Source: Crocinitomicaceae bacterium (GTDB lineage Bacteria > Bacteroidota > Bacteroidia > Flavobacteriales_D > Crocinitomicaceae). Taken from it: a stretch of DNA of 64,000 bases. The position numbers were made by a program, and so were the translations under genes. Under the pieces are notes generated by a model. That model searched no databases. It was not told the DNA's origin and saw nothing but the letters and a program-made list of their open reading frames with translations. Positions 1 through 7,805 of the stretch are shown piece after piece (the first letter of the stretch is position 1; each line of letters starts with the position of its first letter). The stretch covers positions 18,429 to 82,428 of the forward strand of contig JBIIFU010000008.1 in the NCBI GenBank assembly GCA_044237035.1. Reading direction: 5' to 3'.

Positions 1-17
1 GTAATTAGAAAAAGTTG

Positions 18-755
18 TTAACCAAATACTTTTTTAAGAAGATCACTTACGCGAGCTGCAGGGTTTTTACGAATTGCAAGCTCCTCTTTCGCAATTTGAA
101 TGAATAGTCCATCGATAGCTTTATTTGTGGCGTATTCTTCCAAATTAGGATTCACTTTTTCTACAAGTGGAATCTTATTGTATGTCGTAAAAATGGTATT
201 CCAGTTTTTAGTTGCACCAACTTTATCTAACGAAACTTTTACAACTGGCTTAAATTTTTCAAATAAAGCAGCTCTTGTTGATTTTTCGAGGTATTTTGTC
301 GCGGCATTGTCCTCACCACGAAGAATGCTCATGGCGTCTGTTAATGTCATGTTTTTAATAACATCTACGAAAATATCTTTTGCGCCATTAGCCGCGTCTT
401 CGGCTGCTCTATTAATAGACTCTATGGCTTCATCAACTTTTTGACCTTGCCCGATACTCCTTAATTTCGTTTCCACATTGGCTGCCTCTTTTGGAAGTGG
501 AATTTTTATTTCCAAATCGCCAAAATAACCACCAGGCTTTGAAAGTTGAGTAACACCTTTTTCAATACCTTTTGTTAATGCCTCCTTCAGTCCATCACCA
601 ACTTCTTTCTCAGATAATTCTCCAGACGAAGATGTTTTGACTGATTCAATTTTATCCCCTACTGTTTTTTTAAGTTTGTCTAATTGAGCAAATGAAATTG
701 ACGAACAAAAAACTAGAACTCCGAACGTGATACAAATTGAATTTTTCATTTTCAT
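18..755 (-). CDS. DUF4197 domain-containing secreted protein
   Basis: 245-aa ORF with a signal peptide (MKMKNSICITFGVLVFCSSISFA|Q). It shows the helical pattern GLKEAL..GIEKGV..LSKPGGYFGD.EIKIPLP typical of DUF4197 proteins. Family call is from memory of the signature. Confidence 0.8.
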   Translation of the reverse strand: MKMKNSICITFGVLVFCSSISFAQLDKLKKTVGDKIESVKTSSSGELSEKEVGDGLKEALTKGIEKGVTQLSKPGGYFGDLEIKIPLPKEAANVETKLRSIGQGQKVDEAIESINRAAEDAANGAKDIFVDVIKNMTLTDAMSILRGEDNAATKYLEKSTRAALFEKFKPVVKVSLDKVGATKNWNTIFTTYNKIPLVEKVNPNLEEYATNKAIDGLFIQIAKEELAIRKNPAARVSDLLKKVFG

Positions 756-922
756 TTTTTTTGATAAGTGTAAAGTTATAAATTAAACTTAAGTTTTGTA
801 CTTAAAACAAAAAATGTACAGTGAGTCTTTTGACTTTAGATAGTCAGCGTTGAATTTAAAACTTGAGCAAATAACTTAACGGTTCTATTCTAAGCCATCG
901 TTTTACCTAGGCTTAGGTGCTG

Positions 923-1300
923 TTATATGCATTTCTTTTGTCCCGATAAACTCTTATTAAATAAGTGCCAAATTGGGTATCCAGGCAAGAAAACAAGTGT
1001 AATTATTATCCAATAAACAAATAGTGATTCTACTTCATCCTCCCAAAACTCCCTTGAATTAAATGGAAAAAGCTCTTTTTTTCGAATAAATTTTTTCCAT
1101 AATAATGAAAAGGGCTCCAATAAAATAAAAAAGATTAATGCTCTCAAGAGGTGGTTGAAACCATCATGGATCATTGTATCTACAATATTGTGTGTGCGTG
1201 AAGTTGAGAATAAACCGTTGAAGATAAACGGTAGTACAAAACTTGTAATGCCCATAATCATCAAATACTGATTTGATTTTGATTTTCGTTCTTCATTCAT
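923..1300 (-). CDS. hypothetical membrane protein
   Basis: 125-aa ORF with an ATG start and 2-3 hydrophobic helices (ITSFVLPFIFNGLF, LLRALIFFILLEPF, LFVYWIIITLVFLPGY). No family recognised. It begins where the photolyase remnant breaks off. Confidence 0.4.
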   Translation of the reverse strand: MNEERKSKSNQYLMIMGITSFVLPFIFNGLFSTSRTHNIVDTMIHDGFNHLLRALIFFILLEPFSLLWKKFIRKKELFPFNSREFWEDEVESLFVYWIIITLVFLPGYPIWHLFNKSLSGQKKCI

Positions 1301-1329
1301 AAGAGTTTATTTTGGTTTAAATTGAACAC

Positions 1330-1570
1330 AACGGTTTGCCGCTATATGAAGGTGGTGATTTTGAAGTATAAAACTGTCAATCTACACGAAACGTTCATTT
1401 CCGGGACATCGTCTCTAATCTGTAGATTTGTCCGCTGCAAGAATAGAATTCTAACTGTCAAAAACAAAAATGGGTTCAACTTCTTTGCTATTCGTTAACG
1501 CTTTATGCAAACCCGAATTGTCGTGATTTCTTAAATCCCTTCGATGTCAAAAAATTGATTTTGTGTACAT
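1330..1570 (-). pseudogene. decayed N-terminal fragment of a photolyase/cryptochrome-family gene
   Basis: The minus-strand frame from ATG 1570-1568 reads MYTKSIF*HRRDLRNHDNSGLHKALTNSKEVEPIFVFDS*NSILAADKSTD*RRCPGNERFV*IDSFILQNHHL. This matches the conserved photolyase N-terminus (..WFRRDLR..DN.aL....v.PiFifD). TGA (1547-1549) sits at the conserved Trp codon, and there are three further in-frame TAG stops (1451-1453, 1415-1417, 1382-1384). Only about 80 codons remain. Confidence 0.6.
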
Positions 1571-1601
1571 TCATTTCAAATATAATAACAAGTCTGATTG
1601 T

Positions 1602-1868
1602 TTACGAATCTTGTTCAGTTCTTTTAAAGTAAAGTTGTTCACTTACAATTCGGTCTAAATAGAGTTGTTCAACCTTTGCTCTGGCCCAAGGGGTTTTTCT
1701 TAGAAACTTCAAACTTGATTTCAAGCTTGGATTATTCAAAAAACAATTTACCCGAATATGATATCCCAACCCTTCCCAACCAAATTTATCCTGAAGTTCT
1801 TTAACCATTCTTTCAAGTGTTATTCCGTGTAATGGGTCATTGGATTTTTCAGAAATGGGTTTATTCAT
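1602..1868 (-). CDS. VF530 family DNA-binding protein (DUF2132)
   Basis: 88-aa ORF with [12 protein letters not shown]...[33 protein letters not shown], the characteristic DUF2132/VF530 signature. Confidence 0.85.
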   Translation of the reverse strand: MNKPISEKSNDPLHGITLERMVKELQDKFGWEGLGYHIRVNCFLNNPSLKSSLKFLRKTPWARAKVEQLYLDRIVSEQLYFKRTEQDS

Positions 1869-1986
1869 ATTAAATAAATTTCATTTTTTCTATTTCTTCG
1901 TTTTTCAGAATAGATGTTTCCGTTATTTTGAATATTCTTGAATACGAATTTCCAAAGAAATTATGAGTTGAGCAAATTGTTTCAAA

Positions 1987-2037
1987 CACCTAGGGAGGCG
2001 GTTCCGATAGCTATCGGAATAATCCCGAGCCTAGGTG
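1987..2037. repeat. nested-hairpin repeat, copy 1
   Basis: cacctagg-gaggcgg-TTCCGATAGCTATCGGAA-taat-cccgagc-ctaggtg. It has an 8-bp outer stem (cacctagg/cctaggtg), an 18-bp perfect inner palindrome, and shares the core gcggttccgatagYtatcggaataatcccg with copy 2. Confidence 0.7.
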
Positions 2038-2084
2038 TGAAATTTATTCCAATTTAATGGATTAATAATTCAATCATTTATAAA

Positions 2085-2133
2085 CCAATAGGTGCGGTTC
2101 CGATAGTTATCGGAATAATCCCGCACCTATTGG
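2085..2133. repeat. nested-hairpin repeat, copy 2
   Basis: ccaataggtgcgg-ttccgatagttatcggaa-taat-ccgcacctattgg. It has a perfect 13-bp outer stem and an inner 7-bp stem. The outer-stem sequence differs from copy 1 but still pairs. Confidence 0.75.
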
Positions 2134-2169
2134 TAAAAATTACTCATCAAAAATGGTTTCAACCATTTA

Positions 2170-3234
2170 TCATTGCAACACAATCTTCTTGATATCAACC
2201 GTATTTCCTTGCGGGTCGATAATTCGCACAAAATACAATCCGTTTCCTCCCCACGTGGTGATGTCAATATAAAACTGTTGTTGGTTGACCGCATTTTGAA
2301 AAACTTGCTGACCTTGCGCATCTTCAATTTTGATGCTATACCCATTCATGGTAGTTAAATCTCCTGCATCAATCGTGATGTGATCGTTGGTAGGATTAGG
2401 CCAAATTTTCAACGTATTCATATACGTAATTGGATTATAACCCGTGATTCCGGTATTGATAACCAAAGTATCAGTTACAGTAACATAATCATAACAAACA
2501 TTACCATTGTATAAATCTGTAATTTCTTGTTGTGTTAGAGCGCGGTTCCAGATTGCCCCGTCATCTATACTTCCGACCGCGTAATAAGGATAATTCGGAA
2601 CAAATTGTCTTCCGAAAACTGCATTGGTTGTGTTACCAATTCCAACATTTACTGTGTAAGGTGTAGTTCCTACTAATACACCGTTTACATAAAAATAAAT
2701 ATTAACACCATCATAATTCATTAATAAATGATTCCATTGCGAATGGGGTATTGTAGTAATTGAGGAACTAACAACTGTTTGACCAGAAAAAGATCCATTA
2801 ACAGAAGATACAAATTTTGGGGTATTACTTTGAGTGGAAAAAATTCCAAACCCATTCCCTCCTTCGTATCCTCTCGAAAAATAATATTGAGCACATCCAA
2901 CGCTACAATTTGTATTTGAATTCGTTCCTGTAGATTTCACCCATACACTTACTGCCATTTCATTTGTGTTATCAATAGCGGATAATAAATTTAACTCAAT
3001 CCAATCGCTACCATCAAAACTATACGCCTTACCCGTATTCCCAAATCTATCCGTCGTTAATATAGCACCATTCACAGTTCCATTATTCCCATTTCCACTT
3101 TCATCGTTGGCATTTCCATTAAATGGCCACCAACCCACCAAACCATTTGTAGGTAAATAATTCGGCACTTGCGCCATTAAATTTGCAGATAAACAAAGCC
3201 CAACTGCAAAGGCTGAAATCATACTTTTTTTCAT
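2170..3234 (-). CDS. LamG (concanavalin A-like lectin) domain protein with T9SS type-A C-terminal sorting domain
   Basis: I trimmed the ORF-track entry 2170..3381 to the ATG at 3234, which gives a proper signal peptide (MKKSMISAFAVGLCLSANLMA|Q). WWPFNGNANDESGNGNNGTVNGA...DRFGN..KAYSFDG is the LamG/laminin-G_3 pattern. The C-terminus LKIWPNPTNDHITID...GLYFVRIID..G....KKIVLQ is a Por secretion tail. Confidence 0.8.
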   Translation of the reverse strand: MKKSMISAFAVGLCLSANLMAQVPNYLPTNGLVGWWPFNGNANDESGNGNNGTVNGAILTTDRFGNTGKAYSFDGSDWIELNLLSAIDNTNEMAVSVWVKSTGTNSNTNCSVGCAQYYFSRGYEGGNGFGIFSTQSNTPKFVSSVNGSFSGQTVVSSSITTIPHSQWNHLLMNYDGVNIYFYVNGVLVGTTPYTVNVGIGNTTNAVFGRQFVPNYPYYAVGSIDDGAIWNRALTQQEITDLYNGNVCYDYVTVTDTLVINTGITGYNPITYMNTLKIWPNPTNDHITIDAGDLTTMNGYSIKIEDAQGQQVFQNAVNQQQFYIDITTWGGNGLYFVRIIDPQGNTVDIKKIVLQ

Positions 3235-3282
3235 TTTATAAAAGTTTTGGTTCACTCGCCCCGCAGTGAGATTACACTTAAT

Positions 3283-3361
3283 AAAAAAAGCGTGGGACAG
3301 TTGCTTAGCTTGCACCAGTGGGAGTCGAAGCCCATACCGCAAAGCAAAGCAACGCCCACGC
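3283..3361 (-). terminator. long GC-rich hairpin followed by T7 (intrinsic-terminator-like, minus sense)
   Basis: A 72-nt near-perfect hairpin spans 3290-3361: gcgtggg/cccacgc, gttgcttagcttgc/gcaaagcaaagcaac, and gtggg/cccat around the loop agtcgaag. On the minus strand it is followed directly by TTTTTTT (plus-strand A-run 3283-3289). It lies 355 nt downstream of the S46 peptidase stop and 49 nt upstream of the LamG gene ATG. Confidence 0.5.
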
Positions 3362-3715
3362 CTATAGCATGAGCGTTTCACTTTAACTTCCCTGCGGTAT
3401 TGAAATTTCGACTTTTCTGGTGCAGGTCGTTTAGCAAACGCTATTTTTTCTTTATAAATTTTTTCCTCGTTCGGATGAACAAATGTATAGAAAAATTTAC
3501 AGAATTTAAAGAAATACTAAAAAGTTCAATTTGGTTGCGTGGATTGAGCGTAGTCGAGAGCCACAATCAGGTACGCTATGACCACATTCGGGTTTGCTCG
3601 ATCCATTAAGAAATAAGAGGCTGATCGAGTGGAGTTAGAAACTGAGAAGTTTAAATTAAATTGTCTTTTTATGGAATCTGATTCCAAATAATTCCAAAAT
3701 CACTAAAAAACATTA

Positions 3716-5830
3716 TTACTTCCCTTTCACCAATTTCATCTCATCGACCAAGTGCTTTGCACCCGAATACTTATCCATCACCCACAACACATAGCGAATA
3801 TCAACCACAACGTTTCTACAACGGTTTGCATCAAACATATAATCGCTCATGGTGCTCTCCCAGGTGCGGTCGAAGTTTAATCCCATCAAATGGCCGTTTT
3901 TGTCTAAAACCGGTGATCCTGAATTTCCACCTGTTGTGTGGTTAGATCCGGTGAAACATACCCATAATTCGCCATTTTGCGCATACGAACCATAATCTTT
4001 TGCTTTGTGTAAGTCAAGCATTCGTGGAAGTAATTCAAAATCAGGATTCCCAGAATTGTATTTGGCAATGATTCCATCCAAGGTAGTATGCTCGGTGTAT
4101 TTCATGCCATCCGCCGGAGCTGATCCTTCCAATTTTCCGTAAGAAATTCGTAAAGTGCTATTCGCATCCGGCCAATGTTTCGCATTTGGAAACATAACTT
4201 TTTTTCCTTCCACATAAAGTTTCAATAATGCGGTCATTTCTGCGTTGAATGCTTGAAAATCTGGGCTAGTGGAAGATCTGAATTTAGAAATCAACGCATT
4301 GTAATGTTTGAATCCAAGATCATTCTCCAATTTCGCCTTGCTCTCATCATTGTAGGAATCGAGAAAGCTGAGGTAACGCTCTTTGTTCGTCAAAACAGAC
4401 TGAACATAAATCTCATTTTTCAATTGCTTAACTTCTGCTTCACTTAGTTTAGTATCGCCTATGCGTTTGAAATATTCAATCGTAAGCAATTCAAAGATTT
4501 TTCCATCTACCGTTTCATCGTAATTTTTGAAAAATCCCTCCCCACTTGTTTTTAATTTGGAAATTACACCTGACAATTCATTTTTTTCTTTGTACTTGGA
4601 ATAATTAGTAAGTAAATCATTGATTCCACGTGCTAACTTAAAATATTCCGGTCCATAGGAGAAATATTCTGCACCCATCGCATATTGAAACTCTACATCC
4701 ACTTTTTTCGCTACTAATTCATTCATTTTCTGAACTACATCTCCATATTTCGCTGACCATTCCGGTTTTGAATTGGCTTTGTCTGTATATTCTTTTTCGC
4801 GATTGATTTTAATTGTTACTGCATCCAAACGCTTCAACCCATCAATTTGACCAATCCACTTTTTCCAAGCGTTTGCAATACTTGCCTGTTTAGCAGAATA
4901 CTGAATGCGCGTTTTGTCTGACTCTTTCATCGCGGCATCAATTACACCCAAGGATAAATCACGCATTCTGATTCGCGCAGGACGTTCTTTTTCAATGATA
5001 AATTTCAAATACGAGGAAACTACATGTTGTTCAGTCGCTCCCGGAAAGCCATACACCATCGTGAAATCCCCTTCTTTTCGATTTTTGAAAGAAATTGGTA
5101 GAAAATGAATGGGTTTGTACGGAACGTTCTCAGCAGAGTAGGGAGCAGGTTTGTTGTCTTTTCCGACGTAAATACGAAATACCGAGAAATCTCCTGTATG
5201 TCGCGGCCACACCCAATTGTCTGTATCTCCACCAAATTTTCCAATTGAATTGGGAGGAGTTCCCACAAAACGAACATCTAAAAACACTTCCTTCACCATC
5301 ATGTAGTAATCATTTCCATAATTAAACGGTCTGATTTCTGCCTCATAATGTGTTCCGGCTACTGCTTTGGCTGTCAGTTCTTTAATCAATGCTTGAATAC
5401 TTGCCTCATCTGTTTTTCCAGAACCTAAAATCATTTTAGTGACATCTTCAATGCGTACTATCCGAACGGCTGTCAATCCTTGATTCTGCAATTCATCTGC
5501 CTTGGTTTTGGCCCAAAAACCGTATTTTAGATAATCATTCTCTAGTGACGAATGCGATTGTATTTGCGAATATCCACAATGGTGATTAGTCAATAATAAT
5601 CCTTGATCGGAAACGAGTTCAGCAGTACATCCTCCTCCAAATTGTAGAATTGCATCTTTTAAACTCGCTTTGTTTACGCTGTAAATTTGTTCGGCTGATA
5701 ACTTCATTCCCTTGGCCTTCATATCTGATTCGAAGGCTGCAATAAGCGATGGAATGAGCATTCCTTCATCAGCCCGAAGAGATTTGTTAAAAATGAAAAC
5801 AAGTGCCAGAAAAAAGAAAAGTTTGTTCAT
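3716..5830 (-). CDS. S46 family peptidase (dipeptidyl-peptidase 7/11-like)
   Basis: 704 aa with a signal peptide followed by ADEGM(L/W)IP. GGCTAELVSDQGLLLTNHHCG contains the catalytic His, and GGNSGSPVLDKNGHLMGLNFDR the catalytic Ser. Both are hallmarks of the S46 family. Confidence 0.92.
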   Translation of the reverse strand: MNKLFFFLALVFIFNKSLRADEGMLIPSLIAAFESDMKAKGMKLSAEQIYSVNKASLKDAILQFGGGCTAELVSDQGLLLTNHHCGYSQIQSHSSLENDYLKYGFWAKTKADELQNQGLTAVRIVRIEDVTKMILGSGKTDEASIQALIKELTAKAVAGTHYEAEIRPFNYGNDYYMMVKEVFLDVRFVGTPPNSIGKFGGDTDNWVWPRHTGDFSVFRIYVGKDNKPAPYSAENVPYKPIHFLPISFKNRKEGDFTMVYGFPGATEQHVVSSYLKFIIEKERPARIRMRDLSLGVIDAAMKESDKTRIQYSAKQASIANAWKKWIGQIDGLKRLDAVTIKINREKEYTDKANSKPEWSAKYGDVVQKMNELVAKKVDVEFQYAMGAEYFSYGPEYFKLARGINDLLTNYSKYKEKNELSGVISKLKTSGEGFFKNYDETVDGKIFELLTIEYFKRIGDTKLSEAEVKQLKNEIYVQSVLTNKERYLSFLDSYNDESKAKLENDLGFKHYNALISKFRSSTSPDFQAFNAEMTALLKLYVEGKKVMFPNAKHWPDANSTLRISYGKLEGSAPADGMKYTEHTTLDGIIAKYNSGNPDFELLPRMLDLHKAKDYGSYAQNGELWVCFTGSNHTTGGNSGSPVLDKNGHLMGLNFDRTWESTMSDYMFDANRCRNVVVDIRYVLWVMDKYSGAKHLVDEMKLVKGK

Positions 5831-5937
5831 AGTGGTGAATTTAGTTCACGAATTTACAATTTTCAAGTCGAATGTTGAAGATTATCAATTTTTCGTTTCA
5901 TTCTTATACTTATTTTTGCCTTCAAATTTATTTCAAA

Positions 5938-7203
5938 ATGAAAGTTTTCAAATTTGGAGGAGCCTCAGTAAAAGATTCAGCAGCTGTTAGAAATGTAGCT
6001 TCAATTCTGGCAAAATATCGTGGTGAGAAGTTGATTGTGGTTGTTTCAGCCATGGGAAAATCGACGAATAAGCTAGAAGAAATTGTTGCAGCGGAGCAAG
6101 AAAAGAATGTTGGGAAATTCACGGCTTTGGTGAATGAATTATACGATTTTCATATTGCAATTTTGGGAGAATTATTTACTGAAAAGCACTTTAAAATTTA
6201 CAATGAAATTGAAGGTATATTTGAACAAATAAGAGAGCGTTTTCATAAACCTTTTCCTGAGAATTATTCCTTTGAATACGATCAAATTGTTTCGCTTGGA
6301 GAAGTAATTTCCTCTAAAATTATTTCAGCTTATTTATTTGAACAAGGCTTTTCAAGCGGCTGGGCTGATTCTCGAGAATTGGTTCGAACTAATAACCAAT
6401 ACCAGGAGGGAAAAGTGGATTGGGAAAAGACAGAAGAGTTAGTTAAATCAAAGTTAATTACACAATTTTCAACTACGGATATTGTAATTACACAAGGCTT
6501 TGTGGGTCATACTCCTGAAGGATTTACGACAACTTTAGGCAGAGAAGGTTCTGATTATTCAGCCGGAATTTATGCCTATTGCTCAGATGCAGAAAGTGTT
6601 ACAATTTGGAAAGATGTACCAGGGATGTTAAACGCAGACCCAAAATATTTTTCAGATACTGTCAAATTGGATCAAATTTCGTTCAAAGAAGCAATTGAAT
6701 TATCGTATTACGGAGCATCAGTAATTCACCCAAAAACAATAAAACCCCTTCAAAATAAAGGAATTCCTTTGTTTGTAAAATCGTTTATTCATCCAGATGA
6801 ACCGGGTACAATTATTCAAGAGTCAACAGATCAAGATAATTTGGTTCCTTCTTTCATCGTGAAAAAGGATCAAGTTTTATTCTCTATTCGACCAACTGAT
6901 TTTTCATTTATCGCGGAAGAAAATCTGAGCGATATTTTTAACCGACTTGCCGCTGCAGGATTAAAAATCAATGTCATGCAAAATTCAGCATTGAGTTTTT
7001 CAATTTTGTTAGATCAGAAAAAAGCAAATCCTGAATTGGTAAAATCCATTTTCGGTACTCACTATAAAGTGTGGTACAACGATGAATTAGAATTAGTTAC
7101 CATCAGGCATTACGACCAAAAAACGATTGATTTAGTTACTAATGGTAAAACGATCATTTTGGAACAGAGAACGAGACAAACTATTCGATTAATCCTTCAA
7201 TAA
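5938..7203 (+). CDS. lysC: aspartate kinase
   Basis: I moved the start to ATG 5938 (MKVFKFGGASVKD, the canonical N-terminus). It also has VVVSAMGK.TN, GREGSDYSA and C-terminal ACT-like regions. Confidence 0.92.
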   Translation: MKVFKFGGASVKDSAAVRNVASILAKYRGEKLIVVVSAMGKSTNKLEEIVAAEQEKNVGKFTALVNELYDFHIAILGELFTEKHFKIYNEIEGIFEQIRERFHKPFPENYSFEYDQIVSLGEVISSKIISAYLFEQGFSSGWADSRELVRTNNQYQEGKVDWEKTEELVKSKLITQFSTTDIVITQGFVGHTPEGFTTTLGREGSDYSAGIYAYCSDAESVTIWKDVPGMLNADPKYFSDTVKLDQISFKEAIELSYYGASVIHPKTIKPLQNKGIPLFVKSFIHPDEPGTIIQESTDQDNLVPSFIVKKDQVLFSIRPTDFSFIAEENLSDIFNRLAAAGLKINVMQNSALSFSILLDQKKANPELVKSIFGTHYKVWYNDELELVTIRHYDQKTIDLVTNGKTIILEQRTRQTIRLILQ

Positions 7204-7436
7204 TGGAAGTTTTATTATCTGAAATTACCAAGAATTCAAAATTGAAAATCGTTCAGATTCTTTCCACAGAATTGGAGGCTAAATTTGCTGAAATGGGCTT
7301 AGTATCACAAAAGGAAATTCAATGGTTGTTTAGAGCTCCACTAAAAGATCCGATAGCAATTGAAGTCGATGATTATGTACTTTCCTTGCGCTTAGATGAA
7401 GCAAAACACATTTTAGTTAGTGATTTAAGTGCCTGA
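7203..7436 (+). CDS. FeoA family protein (orphan)
   Basis: 77 aa: LSEI.....LKIVQI.....EAKFAEMGL...KEIQWLFRAPLKDPIAIEVDDYVLSLRLDEAKHILV is the FeoA SH3-like pattern. The ATG overlaps the lysC stop (TAATG). Confidence 0.8.
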   Translation: MEVLLSEITKNSKLKIVQILSTELEAKFAEMGLVSQKEIQWLFRAPLKDPIAIEVDDYVLSLRLDEAKHILVSDLSA

Positions 7437-7805
7437 TAAACAATAATATAAAATTTTAATATTCGATTTATGTAACTTAGGCATGATACGTGTCGTAGGA
7501 ATTGCTCGAATTAAAATTTAAAAATGAAAGAGAATTTTCAAAACTTAAACAGAGGCTCATTGGGAACGGCAAAATCTAAATTATCGCAACACCGAACAAT
7601 GGGAATTCATTCAAATTTATCAATTTTTGAGGTTGCTCAATTGATGGATATTGTAAAGTTCAATTCGGAATCTGAAAAAAATCAAATGCCTTCTTTGTTT
7701 TTTAGCGTCGGGTTGAATTAACTCTAAACTCCTTCAAAGTTAAATTTTTTCGCTACTTTTGCTAATTAACGCAACTTAATATAGTGATTTGTAGTCTTTG
7801 AAGTT

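Noticed and set aside
3290-3361. 72-nt GC-rich element with a 7-bp closing stem and a TTCGA-like loop (gggagtcgaagccc), considered as a tRNA or tRNA pseudogene
   Set aside because: The length and closing stem mimic a tRNA, but the internal pairing is one continuous hairpin. The would-be D region pairs with the would-be T region rather than forming a cloverleaf. There is no anticodon arm and no conserved D or T-loop residues.
2170-3381. Long N-terminal extensions offered by the ORF track, here MKRSCYRRGRCF... Similar extensions occur at 5872, 13065, 18066, 24046, 32452, 43348 and 63912
   Set aside because: The extensions lack signal-peptide character or begin at TTG. In each case an internal ATG yields a canonical N-terminus (a signal peptide or a conserved family start), so I used the shorter coordinates.
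3400-3609. 69-aa plus-strand ORF in the S46 peptidase/LamG intergenic region
   Set aside because: The composition is implausible (Cys/Arg/Phe-rich, no signal or domain features). It spans GC-rich self-complementary DNA that is better explained as structured RNA or repeat remnants.
5831-5937. Possible lysine riboswitch upstream of lysC
   Set aside because: Only 107 bp of AT-rich DNA is shared with the divergent S46 peptidase promoter. That is too short for an L-box and lacks its conserved helices. Only a trivial 5-bp hairpin is present.
7524-7721. 65-aa ORF after feoA, considered as a real gene or as a decayed FeoB N-terminus (GSLGTAKSKLSQHRTMG versus the FeoB P-loop GNPN.GKTTLFN.LTG)
   Set aside because: The resemblance is a handful of residues. 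The P-loop Gly-Lys-Thr is not preserved and there is no downstream continuation of a G-domain in any frame that I could read. It is kept only as something a tblastn could test.
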